The notes beneath the pieces are model-generated. The model saw nothing but the letters and a program-made list of their open reading frames with translations. It had not been told where the DNA came from and did no database searches. Shown here in pieces: positions 17,750 to 27,267 of a stretch of DNA of 64,000 nucleotides. How positions within the stretch are numbered: position 1 is the first letter of the stretch; each line of letters starts with the position of its first letter. This DNA is from a bacterium (lineage in GTDB: Bacteria > Zhuqueibacterota > Zhuqueibacteria > Oceanimicrobiales > Oceanimicrobiaceae): the NCBI GenBank assembly GCA_046758365.1, contig JBHIAC010000003.1, forward strand, positions 18,019-82,018, written 5' to 3'. The translations under genes were made by a program, and so were the position numbers.

Positions 17750-19225
17750 TTAAATTAAAGGCATTTCTTTTAAATTCACTTGACCAAGTGCTTGTACTAC
17801 TGTGGGATTAAATTGCTTTCCGGCTCTTTCCTCTAATATCTGCAGAGCTTCAATATAACACCTTTTTTTCCGATAGTGACGATCGGTAACGATAGTATCA
17901 AACGCATCGGCCACAGCAATGATGGCCCCTGCCAGAGGAATTTCATCATTTTTTAATCCTCTTGGGTATCCCTGACCGTTATGCCATTCATGATGACTAT
18001 AAACAGCCTCTGAAATCGAGGAAAGTCGTTTAATGTGTTTTAATATATTAAACCCTTTTTCAGCATGAGTTTTTATGATTTCATATTCCTTCGGGGTTAA
18101 ACTTCCTGCTTTAAATATAATAGAATCTGGGATACCAATTTTACCTATGTCGTGAAGATTTCCAGCCAAGGCCAATTCTTCTAATTTATTCTCTGACAGT
18201 CCCATCACTTTACCGATGGCAACTGCTACTTGGGCGACCCGTTTTGAGTGACCATGAGTGTAAGGATCTCGTTCATCCAAAGTTTTAGCTAAAGATTTCA
18301 TAGTCTCAAGAAAAAAGATTTCCAATTCCAGAACTAAATCAGAATTTTTTAAAGCAATACAAGCTTGTGTCGCCAAAATTACTGCGCCATCCACATCGGC
18401 GTCAGAAAATTGAGATTCGGTTTTATACAAACAGAGGACATTTTTGACACTTCCGTTACACTTTAAAGGTACCCCAATGCAAGTTTTTGACCATTTTTCT
18501 TCACCAATAGATTTGTAATCTGCACCAACGTTATCCCAACTTTCTATAATTACAGGGGACTGCATTTTTAATATTTGTCCGGCAAGACCTAAATGTTGTT
18601 GAAAACAAATTTCTTTTTCAATAAATCCCTCTAAGTTGACCCCATAACGCAAATAGATTTGTCCTGTCTCAGAGTCTATTTCGAAGATCCCTCCTCGATC
18701 AGCCTTCGTTTCCTTGATTGCAGAGTTTAATAGTAAAGTGTATATTTTTGAAGGTTCATGAACGGAGCTAATTTCATCGCTGTGCATAAAGAAGTTTACT
18801 AAAGTTTTTAAACGGATATTTTCTCGTATAAGCTGCCTGCGTTCAAGGGCATTTTTAACTGCCGAGAGTAATTCTTCGAGACTGAAAGGTTTCCGGACAA
18901 AATTGCTTACGCCTTCGTTTACAGCTTTTACTGCGGTTTCTAATGTGGCATAGCCTGTCATAACAACAACAGGTAAGTCAGGGGAAATAGTTTTTAGTTT
19001 TTGAACCAGCTTTAGGCCATTAATTTGAGGCATTTTAATGTCTGTTAAAACAAGATCGAAGGGATTTCGAGAGAATTTTTTTATGGCTGTGTTAGGATTA
19101 GAGGTGGTTTCTACTTCATACCCCGCATTACTTAAACTGTCATAACAAACCTTACAAATATTCTTTTCATCATCAACAACCAGAACCTTATCCACGTGTT
19201 CATTAGTGATAATCTTTTTTGACAT
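17750..19225 (-). CDS. REC-GAF-HD-GYP cyclic dinucleotide phosphodiesterase
   Basis: REC LTDIKMP; RDPYTHGHSKRV, LHDIGK, HHEWHNGQGYP. Confidence 0.92.
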   Translation of the reverse strand: MSKKIITNEHVDKVLVVDDEKNICKVCYDSLSNAGYEVETTSNPNTAIKKFSRNPFDLVLTDIKMPQINGLKLVQKLKTISPDLPVVVMTGYATLETAVKAVNEGVSNFVRKPFSLEELLSAVKNALERRQLIRENIRLKTLVNFFMHSDEISSVHEPSKIYTLLLNSAIKETKADRGGIFEIDSETGQIYLRYGVNLEGFIEKEICFQQHLGLAGQILKMQSPVIIESWDNVGADYKSIGEEKWSKTCIGVPLKCNGSVKNVLCLYKTESQFSDADVDGAVILATQACIALKNSDLVLELEIFFLETMKSLAKTLDERDPYTHGHSKRVAQVAVAIGKVMGLSENKLEELALAGNLHDIGKIGIPDSIIFKAGSLTPKEYEIIKTHAEKGFNILKHIKRLSSISEAVYSHHEWHNGQGYPRGLKNDEIPLAGAIIAVADAFDTIVTDRHYRKKRCYIEALQILEERAGKQFNPTVVQALGQVNLKEMPLI

Positions 19226-20366
19226 GCCTATCCAGTGGTAAATAAACTAAAAATTCAGATCCTTTATCTTTTATGCTTTTCACTTTTAATCCACCACCAT
19301 GTGCCGTAACAATCGCACGCACTGAAGGAAGGCCTAAGCCTAAACCACCTCCCATAAATTCAAATTTACTAGAACTATGATATTTACTGTCTTGGACTTC
19401 ATAGAACTTTTCAAAAATGTTACCTTGTTCGGTTATATCGATTCCTATTCCATTATCTTTAATACAAATTACACAGTAATCATTTTCTACCTTGGTCGTG
19501 ATCCTTACTTCACCACTATCGGGAGTGAATTTAATGGCATTCTGTACTAACTCTCTGATGACACCTTTAATTTGACTGCGATTAGCAATTATAGACAAAT
19601 TCGATTCAGTTTTATTAACTTTTAGCTTTTGATTACGCTTCTTAGAGAGAAGTTGAAAATCTAATACAATTTGTTCAATTAGGGCATTGACTTCAACTCT
19701 CTCACGTGGGAGTTTTGAATTGCCATTCTCTAACTGGATAAGATTATGCATATTCATGACTATTTCTTCTAAGTCATTAGTAGCATTAAAAATAACTTGC
19801 ATACACTGTTGTTTTTCTTCTTCTGAAAGCTTGTAATATATCTCATCGTTCAAAATACTTAAATACCCTTTCAGATGACTCACGGGTGTTCGTAATTCAT
19901 GACTCGTGATTGCAATGAATTTATCTTTCATTTTTTGTAATTCAATTAACTTTTGGTTTGCCAATCGTAGCGTTTTATTTTCTTCTCCTAAATGAATTTT
20001 CTCAAAACATTTTTCTGCTACTAAGCGAATTTGGGCTGGTTTGATAGGTTTAAGGATAAAGTCATACGCTCCTTTTTTCATAGCCGTTATTGCCCCTTCA
20101 ATCGTGGCGTACCCGGTCATAATAACCACTTCAGCATAGGGGTAATCACGCTTAATAGCTTCCAACAGCTCTAAACCATCCATGATTGGCATCTTTAAAT
20201 CAGCGAAAATAAGTTCAAATTTCCCTATTTTCATTCGATCTAGAGCCTGGACGCCGTTTTCAACTAAATCAATCTGATAACCTTTTTTTTCTAAGCTTCT
20301 AAAGCAAATATTTCTAACCACTTCCTCATCATCCACAACCAAAACATTATGACGTTCTTCTATCAT
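19203..20366 (-). CDS. hybrid REC-histidine kinase
   Basis: REC ADLKMP; SHELRTP H-box; NAIKFT, DNGIGI, GLGLGL; likely start MIEERHN at 20366. Confidence 0.92.
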   Translation of the reverse strand: MIEERHNVLVVDDEEVVRNICFRSLEKKGYQIDLVENGVQALDRMKIGKFELIFADLKMPIMDGLELLEAIKRDYPYAEVVIMTGYATIEGAITAMKKGAYDFILKPIKPAQIRLVAEKCFEKIHLGEENKTLRLANQKLIELQKMKDKFIAITSHELRTPVSHLKGYLSILNDEIYYKLSEEEKQQCMQVIFNATNDLEEIVMNMHNLIQLENGNSKLPRERVEVNALIEQIVLDFQLLSKKRNQKLKVNKTESNLSIIANRSQIKGVIRELVQNAIKFTPDSGEVRITTKVENDYCVICIKDNGIGIDITEQGNIFEKFYEVQDSKYHSSSKFEFMGGGLGLGLPSVRAIVTAHGGGLKVKSIKDKGSEFLVYLPLDRHVKKDYH

Positions 20367-21573
20367 AATTAATATTTTTATGTACTTGGCTGGATTTATG
20401 CAAATCAAGGATTTTATTATTACCAGAATAGCCTTGACTTTCTACCCGAGCTATATTTTGAAATTTGTTGACCAACATTTCCAATCTTCCAGCCTGTTTT
20501 TCGATTTCTGTAATATCTTTGTACAATGGATGTTCTTTTTGGAGTTCTTCCTTAATTAAAGCACAATAGCCCGTAATTCCAGTAAGAGGTTGATTTAACT
20601 CATGACCTACCGCACCCGCTAACTCAATAACAGATTGCAATTTCTCTTTTTGAATCAGTTCTTCTTCATAATTCTTTTTCTCTGTAATATCTCTGATAAT
20701 TTCTAAAATTCTACCATTTCCACCAATCCCGATTCCTTTGAAAGGGGTTACCGTTACTAAAAATACTTTATCTTTTTTTGTTTGAATCTCAAAGGAAGCT
20801 TCTTCAATTTTTTTATATTCTCTATTTAACGGACAGCCTCTGCAAGGATTTTTAAAACCAAAAAATGTTTTATAACACCTATTCCCTCTTAAATTCTTTC
20901 CATATCGATCTGCAATCCATCTATTAGCAAATTGAATATTAAATTGTACATCAATAATGTTTACACCTTCCCCCAAGTGAGTTAAAATAGCATCCAATTT
21001 ATCCCTTTCCAATTTAATATGCTGATAAAGCTGTGAATTCTCCAAAGCTACCCCGGCCTGAGTAGAAATTAAAGATAGGAGTTTTGCATCTTCAGCCGTA
21101 TACACATTTAAGTTGTAGCTTTGTGTGCTCATTACACCAACAACTTGGTCTCTTACAATAATAGGGGATATAATTATGGATTTAGAAATTTTGCTATTGT
21201 GGCTAAATGTATTTAAAACATCTGGTTTGACAGAATTAATTTCTTCTTCTATTCCATTTAAAAGAATTGTTTCTTTTTTAAAAATTGCTTGACTGGCTAA
21301 AACATTTTCCAAAGGTTCCACAATTCTTGGATAACGTTTATTTTCATCTATAATAAATAACAAATCCAAATATTTTGTATTATCTTTACACAATCCAATA
21401 TAGAAAGCATCAGTAGGTATTACCTTTCCCACTAATTTGTAAATATTCCAGAACAGCGTTTCCAGGTCTAAGGTAGAGTTTATAGATTTACTAATTTGAT
21501 ATAATATGTTAAATTGTTTTTTAAGAATTTGTACTTCTTTTTTCAGAGTAGATTTTTTAATTGAGGGATGCAT
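20347..21573 (-). CDS. GAF-PAS-HisKA protein lacking the ATPase domain
   Basis: GAF, PAS, GHELNQPL H-box; ends about 80 aa later with no N/G boxes. Confidence 0.85.
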   Translation of the reverse strand: MHPSIKKSTLKKEVQILKKQFNILYQISKSINSTLDLETLFWNIYKLVGKVIPTDAFYIGLCKDNTKYLDLLFIIDENKRYPRIVEPLENVLASQAIFKKETILLNGIEEEINSVKPDVLNTFSHNSKISKSIIISPIIVRDQVVGVMSTQSYNLNVYTAEDAKLLSLISTQAGVALENSQLYQHIKLERDKLDAILTHLGEGVNIIDVQFNIQFANRWIADRYGKNLRGNRCYKTFFGFKNPCRGCPLNREYKKIEEASFEIQTKKDKVFLVTVTPFKGIGIGGNGRILEIIRDITEKKNYEEELIQKEKLQSVIELAGAVGHELNQPLTGITGYCALIKEELQKEHPLYKDITEIEKQAGRLEMLVNKFQNIARVESQGYSGNNKILDLHKSSQVHKNINYDRRTS

Positions 21574-21892
21574 TTATTTTGGGGAAAAAAGTTGACTTTT
21601 AAATTTATACCATAAGGAAGCAGAAAATAAGTTCAAATATTCTTTTAATTGAATTTATCGGCAGAATTATTCCATTCTAAAACGTCAAGTATGAATTCGA
21701 AGTAAAATTCGTGATAGAAAAATAACTATTTAATTACAGATTCGAAAGTAGAAGCAAATTAAAAGTTCGGAGTTGCCGTTTTATAATGTATAAAACAATT
21801 TTAAATAAAAATAAGAGATTGTCAAGTAATTTTTTGTTTTATTTCGTAAAATTAATCAATAATTTGTTCGTGATAGGCCAAGAGGTGTAAAT

Positions 21893-22603
21893 TTATAGAG
21901 ATATACTTTTAAATTCATTGTATAATTTTAAAACATACGGTATATAATTACTGGTCTCGGCATAAAGAATCCCTTCGGCTTTATTGTTAGCCACCCAAAG
22001 GGCTGCCCTTTTTTCTCCACCGTTAAATGCTGCAAGTCCACCCTCCAAATCGTACATCTCAATTAAGGCAGAAAGGTATCGAGAGCCTATTCTAATATTA
22101 TAAATAGGGTTGAAAAGAACTTCTTGAGATATAGTCCAGGTGATGCCTTCATAATTAGCAATCCACATTCCAGTCGTTGGCATAATTTGCATTAAACCCA
22201 TAGCACCAGCTTCAGAAACCACTTCTGGATCCCAAGTTCCTCCACTCTCATGAGTTATGGTTGCGCATAACAAATCAACATCCAAATTTGTATATTTTAC
22301 ACTCATATTATAAAGTTCATCAGCAATTTCATATTTCAAACTGGAAGGCATATCTTGATTGTATTTGCTAATTATTTTCATTATTTTTTGAATGTTAAAC
22401 TGGCGCACACTGTCAACATTCATCGCTGCGCGTATATCCTGAAGAGATTTTTCCAAATCGAAAAGTTTAGAATTATCTGGTACATTAGTCTCCCAAAAAA
22501 ATTTATAAGAGAACACACCCAACATCACAGAAATTAATACTAAAACAATGCCCTTAATAATTAAAGAGTTTTGAAGCAATACCTTTTGAATGTCTCTTGA
22601 CAT
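21893..22603 (-). CDS. lytic transglycosylase (SLT domain), membrane anchored
   Basis: HESGG, AMGLMQIMP, AAFNGG, ETSNY; AGGAGG before ATG 22603. Confidence 0.9.
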   Translation of the reverse strand: MSRDIQKVLLQNSLIIKGIVLVLISVMLGVFSYKFFWETNVPDNSKLFDLEKSLQDIRAAMNVDSVRQFNIQKIMKIISKYNQDMPSSLKYEIADELYNMSVKYTNLDVDLLCATITHESGGTWDPEVVSEAGAMGLMQIMPTTGMWIANYEGITWTISQEVLFNPIYNIRIGSRYLSALIEMYDLEGGLAAFNGGEKRAALWVANNKAEGILYAETSNYIPYVLKLYNEFKSISL

Positions 22604-22629
22604 CGAAAACCTCCTTTCTTTAAATATCA

Positions 22630-22739
22630 TAGACTTCTGTAAAATAGGGTGTACAACCTTTAGGTTGAGATTGTCCTAGGCAGACTGAAGCCTGTACACC
22701 CATTTTGAGCATGCTTTAAATTAATTTTGCAGAAGTCTG
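22630..22739. mobile_element. 110-bp MITE-like element, copy 2
   Basis: AGACTTCTGTAAAAT...ATTTTGCAGAAGTCT; 9-bp direct repeat TAAATATCA (22621-22629, 22740-22748). Confidence 0.85.
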
Positions 22740-22745
22740 TAAATA

Positions 22746-23345
22746 TCAAATATTCTGGTATTTCAAATTATATTCAATTTCTTCAATGGCTTTTTGAACA
22801 ACTTTTTTTAAACTTTGACTTATAGCTCTCACAACCTCCACAGGCTCTCTTTTCATAGCTTTGGTTTTTTCAGAGAATTCATTTTCCCAAACAATTTCAT
22901 TGGATTTAGTATTTTGTAATTGAAAAACAAGAGTTACAATACCATACCAGGCGTTACCTTCATCCCACTCCTCAAAAGCATTAATCTGTCCTTTTAAAAT
23001 ATAATCAATATTAAAAGTGGATGGTATTCTCACGACCCTTTGAAAAAATCCAGATGCTCGGAATTGATTTAATACTTTTTCAGTTACGATCTTTTTGGGC
23101 GGTGCAATCCACCGGCGATAGTGATAAAATTGAACTTCATAAGGGGACTGCCGATAAACAATACGGTCTCCTTCATAAAGAATATCTGCATCAAATTGTA
23201 CAATCCCTAAGGTTATTGGAATAATATCATTTCGTGAATTAGTGCTAGGCAATTCATAGTCAATACGGTAATAATAAGTGGGCGGCACACTTCCACAATG
23301 GTTTAAAAAACTCAAAGCCAATAAAACCAAAAGATTTTTTTTCAT
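22746..23345 (-). CDS. PqiC / ABC-type transport auxiliary lipoprotein
   Basis: Lipoprotein-like signal, YYRI, IVYRQ..EVQFYHYRRW..PP; follows mlaD. Confidence 0.85.
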   Translation of the reverse strand: MKKNLLVLLALSFLNHCGSVPPTYYYRIDYELPSTNSRNDIIPITLGIVQFDADILYEGDRIVYRQSPYEVQFYHYRRWIAPPKKIVTEKVLNQFRASGFFQRVVRIPSTFNIDYILKGQINAFEEWDEGNAWYGIVTLVFQLQNTKSNEIVWENEFSEKTKAMKREPVEVVRAISQSLKKVVQKAIEEIEYNLKYQNI

Positions 23346-23380
23346 TCACAATACCTCTTTTCAAATTTTCTTATTAAAGT

Positions 23381-24277
23381 TCAAGGTAGTTTTCTTTCAG
23401 GTGGAGCGGCTTTTCTTACCAATAACCAAGGACGTTCTTTTACCATACGAGTAAATTCTTCCAAATTTTGGGAAGCAAATTGAAAATTTTCCATAATTTC
23501 ATTAAAGTTATTATTGTTAGTCATCAATATGGACTGGAAATTAGACAATGTGGTCCGAAGTTCAGAAATTAATTGGCTTGTTTCTTCTGTGGTAGATTTT
23601 AAATGAGCTAAGGTTAAGTCAAAATTTCCTTTGTTTTTAACCATTAACTCATTTAAATCTTTACTTAATTTGGCTAATTGACCGCTGAGTTCCTCTAAAT
23701 TTGTTACCAATTTTGAAAAATGTTTTTGCCCATCAACCAGTAAATTGTCCATATTCTCCATTATCGATGTGAAATGGGTACGATTTTCTTCATTGAAAAT
23801 ATCGACTACTCGGGTAATTAATTCTTGTAACTGAGTATTTAGCTCGCTCAAGGGTTCCGCCATTTGCGAAAAGCTGAGTACTTCTTTACTATCGATTACA
23901 ATTCCAGGGGGTAATAGGTCTGCCCCTAAGGTCCCTGTGGTAATTTCTATATGTTGGTCAGCCATAATTCCAACGGAGGTTATAAAAGCTTTAGAATCAA
24001 CTCTCACTGGGGTTTTTTCATCTATTTGTATTTTAATAGCAATCTTACTTTCGTTACTATTGGGTAAAGTAATTTCTGATACATAACCAACATCCATTCC
24101 CCCATACTTTACCAAAGAACCTTTTGAAATTCCACCAATATATTTAAAATAGATTTGGTATTCTTTTGTCTTTTCGCCAATATCGATACCAAAAATTACT
24201 ACCAAAAATAATATTAGAAAACATAGGCTTAAAAAAATCATCAATCCTGCTTTTATTTCATTTGCTTTAAATTCCAT
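23381..24277 (-). CDS. mlaD: MCE/MlaD family protein
   Basis: N-terminal TM, GISKGSLVKYGGMDVGYV, coiled-coil tail ending ERPWLL. Confidence 0.9.
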   Translation of the reverse strand: MEFKANEIKAGLMIFLSLCFLILFLVVIFGIDIGEKTKEYQIYFKYIGGISKGSLVKYGGMDVGYVSEITLPNSNESKIAIKIQIDEKTPVRVDSKAFITSVGIMADQHIEITTGTLGADLLPPGIVIDSKEVLSFSQMAEPLSELNTQLQELITRVVDIFNEENRTHFTSIMENMDNLLVDGQKHFSKLVTNLEELSGQLAKLSKDLNELMVKNKGNFDLTLAHLKSTTEETSQLISELRTTLSNFQSILMTNNNNFNEIMENFQFASQNLEEFTRMVKERPWLLVRKAAPPERKLP

Positions 24278-24294
24278 ATTTTTCTCCTGTTCAA

Positions 24295-25086
24295 CTAAGT
24301 TTCACCGGTTAATGTATATAGATATCTTTCTCGGTCCACTTCTTCAGCATCAGGTTCTCGATTAAAAAATTGCTGAATGACTGTTTCTGGATTATCGTTA
24401 AGTTCATCTTGAGTCCCCACCGCGATAATTTTACCGTCATGCATCATAGCAATTCGATCAGCGATAATTTTGACGGAATCCAATGCATGAGTAACAACCA
24501 CAATCGTCATATTATGGGCTTTTTTAAGTTTTAAAATTAAATTGTCAATCCCAGCCGCTACGACTGGATCCAAGCCAGCCGATGGTTCATCACAGAATAA
24601 TATTTCCGGGTCCATGGCTATAGCGCGAGCCAAGCCGGCCCGTTTTTTCATGCCTCCTGAAAGTTGTGAAGGTTTAAAATCTTCGAATCCGGTCAAACCA
24701 ACTGAAGCTAATTTCATATTGGTCATAATCTTGATGGTGCTTTCTTCCAATTGGGTATGTTCTCTTAAGGGCAAAGCAACATTATCACCGATAGTCATTG
24801 AATTAAACAAAGCCGAAGATTGAAAAAGCATACCAACCTTCTTGAGGATTTCTACTTTCTCATCTTCGCTCATGGTAGTAATATCTTTACCTTTAATTAA
24901 GATTTGACCACAGGTCGGTTTCGACAGACCAATGATATGTCTAAGTAAAGTGGTTTTACCACATCCAGACCTGCCAAGAATGGCAATAGATTCCCCTTTA
25001 TTTATCTCCAAATTAATGCCATTTAATATTGTTCTTGGCCCGTAGATTACAACCAGATCTTTTACTTGAATAATTGGCCTATCCAT
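24295..25086 (-). CDS. mlaF: MlaF-type ABC ATPase
   Basis: GRSGCGKT, LSGGMKKRAGLARA, DEPSAGLDP. Confidence 0.92.
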   Translation of the reverse strand: MDRPIIQVKDLVVIYGPRTILNGINLEINKGESIAILGRSGCGKTTLLRHIIGLSKPTCGQILIKGKDITTMSEDEKVEILKKVGMLFQSSALFNSMTIGDNVALPLREHTQLEESTIKIMTNMKLASVGLTGFEDFKPSQLSGGMKKRAGLARAIAMDPEILFCDEPSAGLDPVVAAGIDNLILKLKKAHNMTIVVVTHALDSVKIIADRIAMMHDGKIIAVGTQDELNDNPETVIQQFFNREPDAEEVDRERYLYTLTGET

Positions 25087-25899
25087 TTAAAAAGTAGAAT
25101 AAAACAAAGCCGTGAAAAATACATCTGCTACAATAATTAGAAATATAGAGGTAACCACAGACATGGTAGTTGATTTTCCAACCCCCTCGGCACCTCCTTC
25201 AACTTTGAAACCTTCATAACACCCAATTTTGACTATGATTAAAGCAAAAAAAACACTTTTAACCAACCCGCTAATGAAATCCTTAAATTCCAAAGCTGAA
25301 ATCGTTTGATCCAGATATCGAACACTGGTAATGTTTAAAGTGACAATAGCGATTATATAGCCTCCCAAAATTCCGATAAAATCTGCAATGATAGTAAGAC
25401 AAGGCAGCATAATTAACATAGCGAGAGTTCTAGGAACGACTAAAAATTTAATCGGATTAAATCCCATAGTCTGAAGCGCATCAATTTCCTCATAAACTTT
25501 CATAGTACCAATTTCAGCGGTAATAGCTGATCCGCTGCGACCTGTAATAATAATAGCTGTTAAAAGTGGAGATAGCTCTCGGATTATGGACACGGCCACT
25601 AAATTCGCCACATAAATCGTTGCCCCAAATCTCTGCAATTGATAGGCTGACTGCATGGCGATAATCAGACCTACAAAAAAAGCGATGAGAGCCACAATTG
25701 GAATAGATTCATAGCCAATTCTGACCATTTGCTCAACTGTACTTTTCCAACTCAACCCTTTGCCTTTGAATGGCGCGACAACTGTCCAATAAATGGTTTG
25801 GATAGCCAGTTTAGAAATACGGCTTAGATGACCCAAAAAAACAAACGCAATTTGACCTATACGGCCAAATAAGCTACTAATGAGTCCCAGGTTTGTCAA
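25087..25899 (-). CDS. mlaE: MlaE-type ABC permease (start uncertain; frame open to 25938)
   Basis: RELSPLLTAIIITGRSGSAITAEIGTM..EEIDAL, GAEGVGKSTT. Confidence 0.92.
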   Translation of the reverse strand: MTNLGLISSLFGRIGQIAFVFLGHLSRISKLAIQTIYWTVVAPFKGKGLSWKSTVEQMVRIGYESIPIVALIAFFVGLIIAMQSAYQLQRFGATIYVANLVAVSIIRELSPLLTAIIITGRSGSAITAEIGTMKVYEEIDALQTMGFNPIKFLVVPRTLAMLIMLPCLTIIADFIGILGGYIIAIVTLNITSVRYLDQTISALEFKDFISGLVKSVFFALIIVKIGCYEGFKVEGGAEGVGKSTTMSVVTSIFLIIVADVFFTALFYSTF

Positions 25900-26245
25900 A
25901 GGCCTCTTTTGCATCGTCCACAGTATCATAAATATCAAACACTTTATCTAACCTACTAAGTTCAAACACATCCTTAACACCGGTTTGTAAATTGGCTATC
26001 TTTAATTTGCCGCCATATTTTTCTACCTTTTGTAGTGCTTCCACCAGAGTGGCAACGCCCGAACTATCCATGTATTTAACCATACTCAGGTCAACTATAA
26101 TAGTGCCAGTTTCAACGTCAGTAAGCTTGATAAGCCTTTTTCTTAAATTAGGCGAGGAGTAGAGATCCACTTCTCCTTCAATCTCTACAATTGTAACAGA
26201 AATTTGATTTTTAGTTTTATCTATTTTCGTTCTAACCTCTAACAT
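25877..26245 (-). CDS. STAS-domain anti-anti-sigma / MlaB-like protein
   Basis: GEVDLYSSP, YMDSSGV with the phospho-acceptor Ser; TAATG coupling to the upstream gene. Confidence 0.9.
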   Translation of the reverse strand: MLEVRTKIDKTKNQISVTIVEIEGEVDLYSSPNLRKRLIKLTDVETGTIIVDLSMVKYMDSSGVATLVEALQKVEKYGGKLKIANLQTGVKDVFELSRLDKVFDIYDTVDDAKEAFDKPGTH

Positions 26246-26664
26246 TAGCACTCCTTCTTGCCTGGTAAAAATTTTGCCAGGGTCAATTGATTCCCTTTCT
26301 CAAGAGAATTGTCATAAATAACCACATCCATAGTACTTTTTATTAAATGAACGCCTAAACCACCCGGTCTAATATCTTCCAAATCTCGTGACTTAATTGT
26401 TTTTGGATCTACTTTTTGCCCAAAATCTCGCAGTTTCACTTCCAATCGGTCCTTTAATAACTGAAATTTTAAAATGATAAGTTGATCTTTTTGGTCATTG
26501 TAAGCATGTTTTATAATATTTGAAGCGGCTTCATCTACAGCAAGTGTAAAGGCATTACACTCCTCTTTAGAATAGCCACAAACTTCGCACAAATGATTTA
26601 TGGCGCATCGAACTATTTTTAATAATTTTGGGTCGCTGGGCAGCTTTATTTCAATAGTGTCCAT
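26245..26664 (-). CDS. RsbW/SpoIIAB-like anti-sigma Ser kinase (HATPase_c_2)
   Basis: LAVDEAASNIIKHAY, DFG, PGGLGVHLI. Confidence 0.9.
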   Translation of the reverse strand: MDTIEIKLPSDPKLLKIVRCAINHLCEVCGYSKEECNAFTLAVDEAASNIIKHAYNDQKDQLIILKFQLLKDRLEVKLRDFGQKVDPKTIKSRDLEDIRPGGLGVHLIKSTMDVVIYDNSLEKGNQLTLAKFLPGKKEC

Positions 26665-26971
26665 AGCAAATTCTCCTCAAAACTTACCGTTAGTCGTATT
26701 AGCATTCCTGTAAATAATTTCACTGCCATTTCAGCGTCATACTTATTTAAATCATGATTTTAGTAAGTAGGTTGTGAAAAGATTTAAACGGACCTGAACT
26801 GGCTTCGGTCTTCCTGACGCATTTTAAACCTTTTCCATTTTAATTTAAATTTGTTGTCGTAATGAATCGCTTTTCGATTAAAAAAGATAAAATAAAAGCA
26901 TCTCAAATGCAAGAAAAAAAAAGAAATACTTATATTTATTATTTTTAATAAAAATAAAACCTTGAAGATTT

Positions 26972-27132
26972 TGTATTCAGTTAAAACAGAATATTTGTCC
27001 AATTTCCGAACACCTGTTCCATAACTACACAATTTGATTGGTTAATAAAATAAGTTTTATGGGGCTAACGTATATAAATATAACAATTTATCTTATTTCC
27101 CCCTTAACTTACAACATGGCACATTTATTGCA
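26972..27132 (+). promoter_or_regulatory. sigma54 promoter with three TGT-N11-ACA activator boxes
   Basis: TGGCACATTTATTGCA at 27117-27132 (consensus -24/-12); boxes at 26972-26988, 26996-27012, 27015-27031. Confidence 0.8.
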
Positions 27133-27267
27133 AATTTCCTTAAATCATTTAAAATAATTATATTTCTTTCCGCACCTTGAGTATTTTGCACCTATCATAA
27201 TAAATATGTAAGTCTAATATTGTCAATTTATAAGCATTTTAGAAATCGTTAATATAATTTATGCACC

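Noticed and set aside
26784..27032. 82-aa minus-strand ORF
   Set aside because: Low-complexity AT-rich promoter region overlapping the activator boxes
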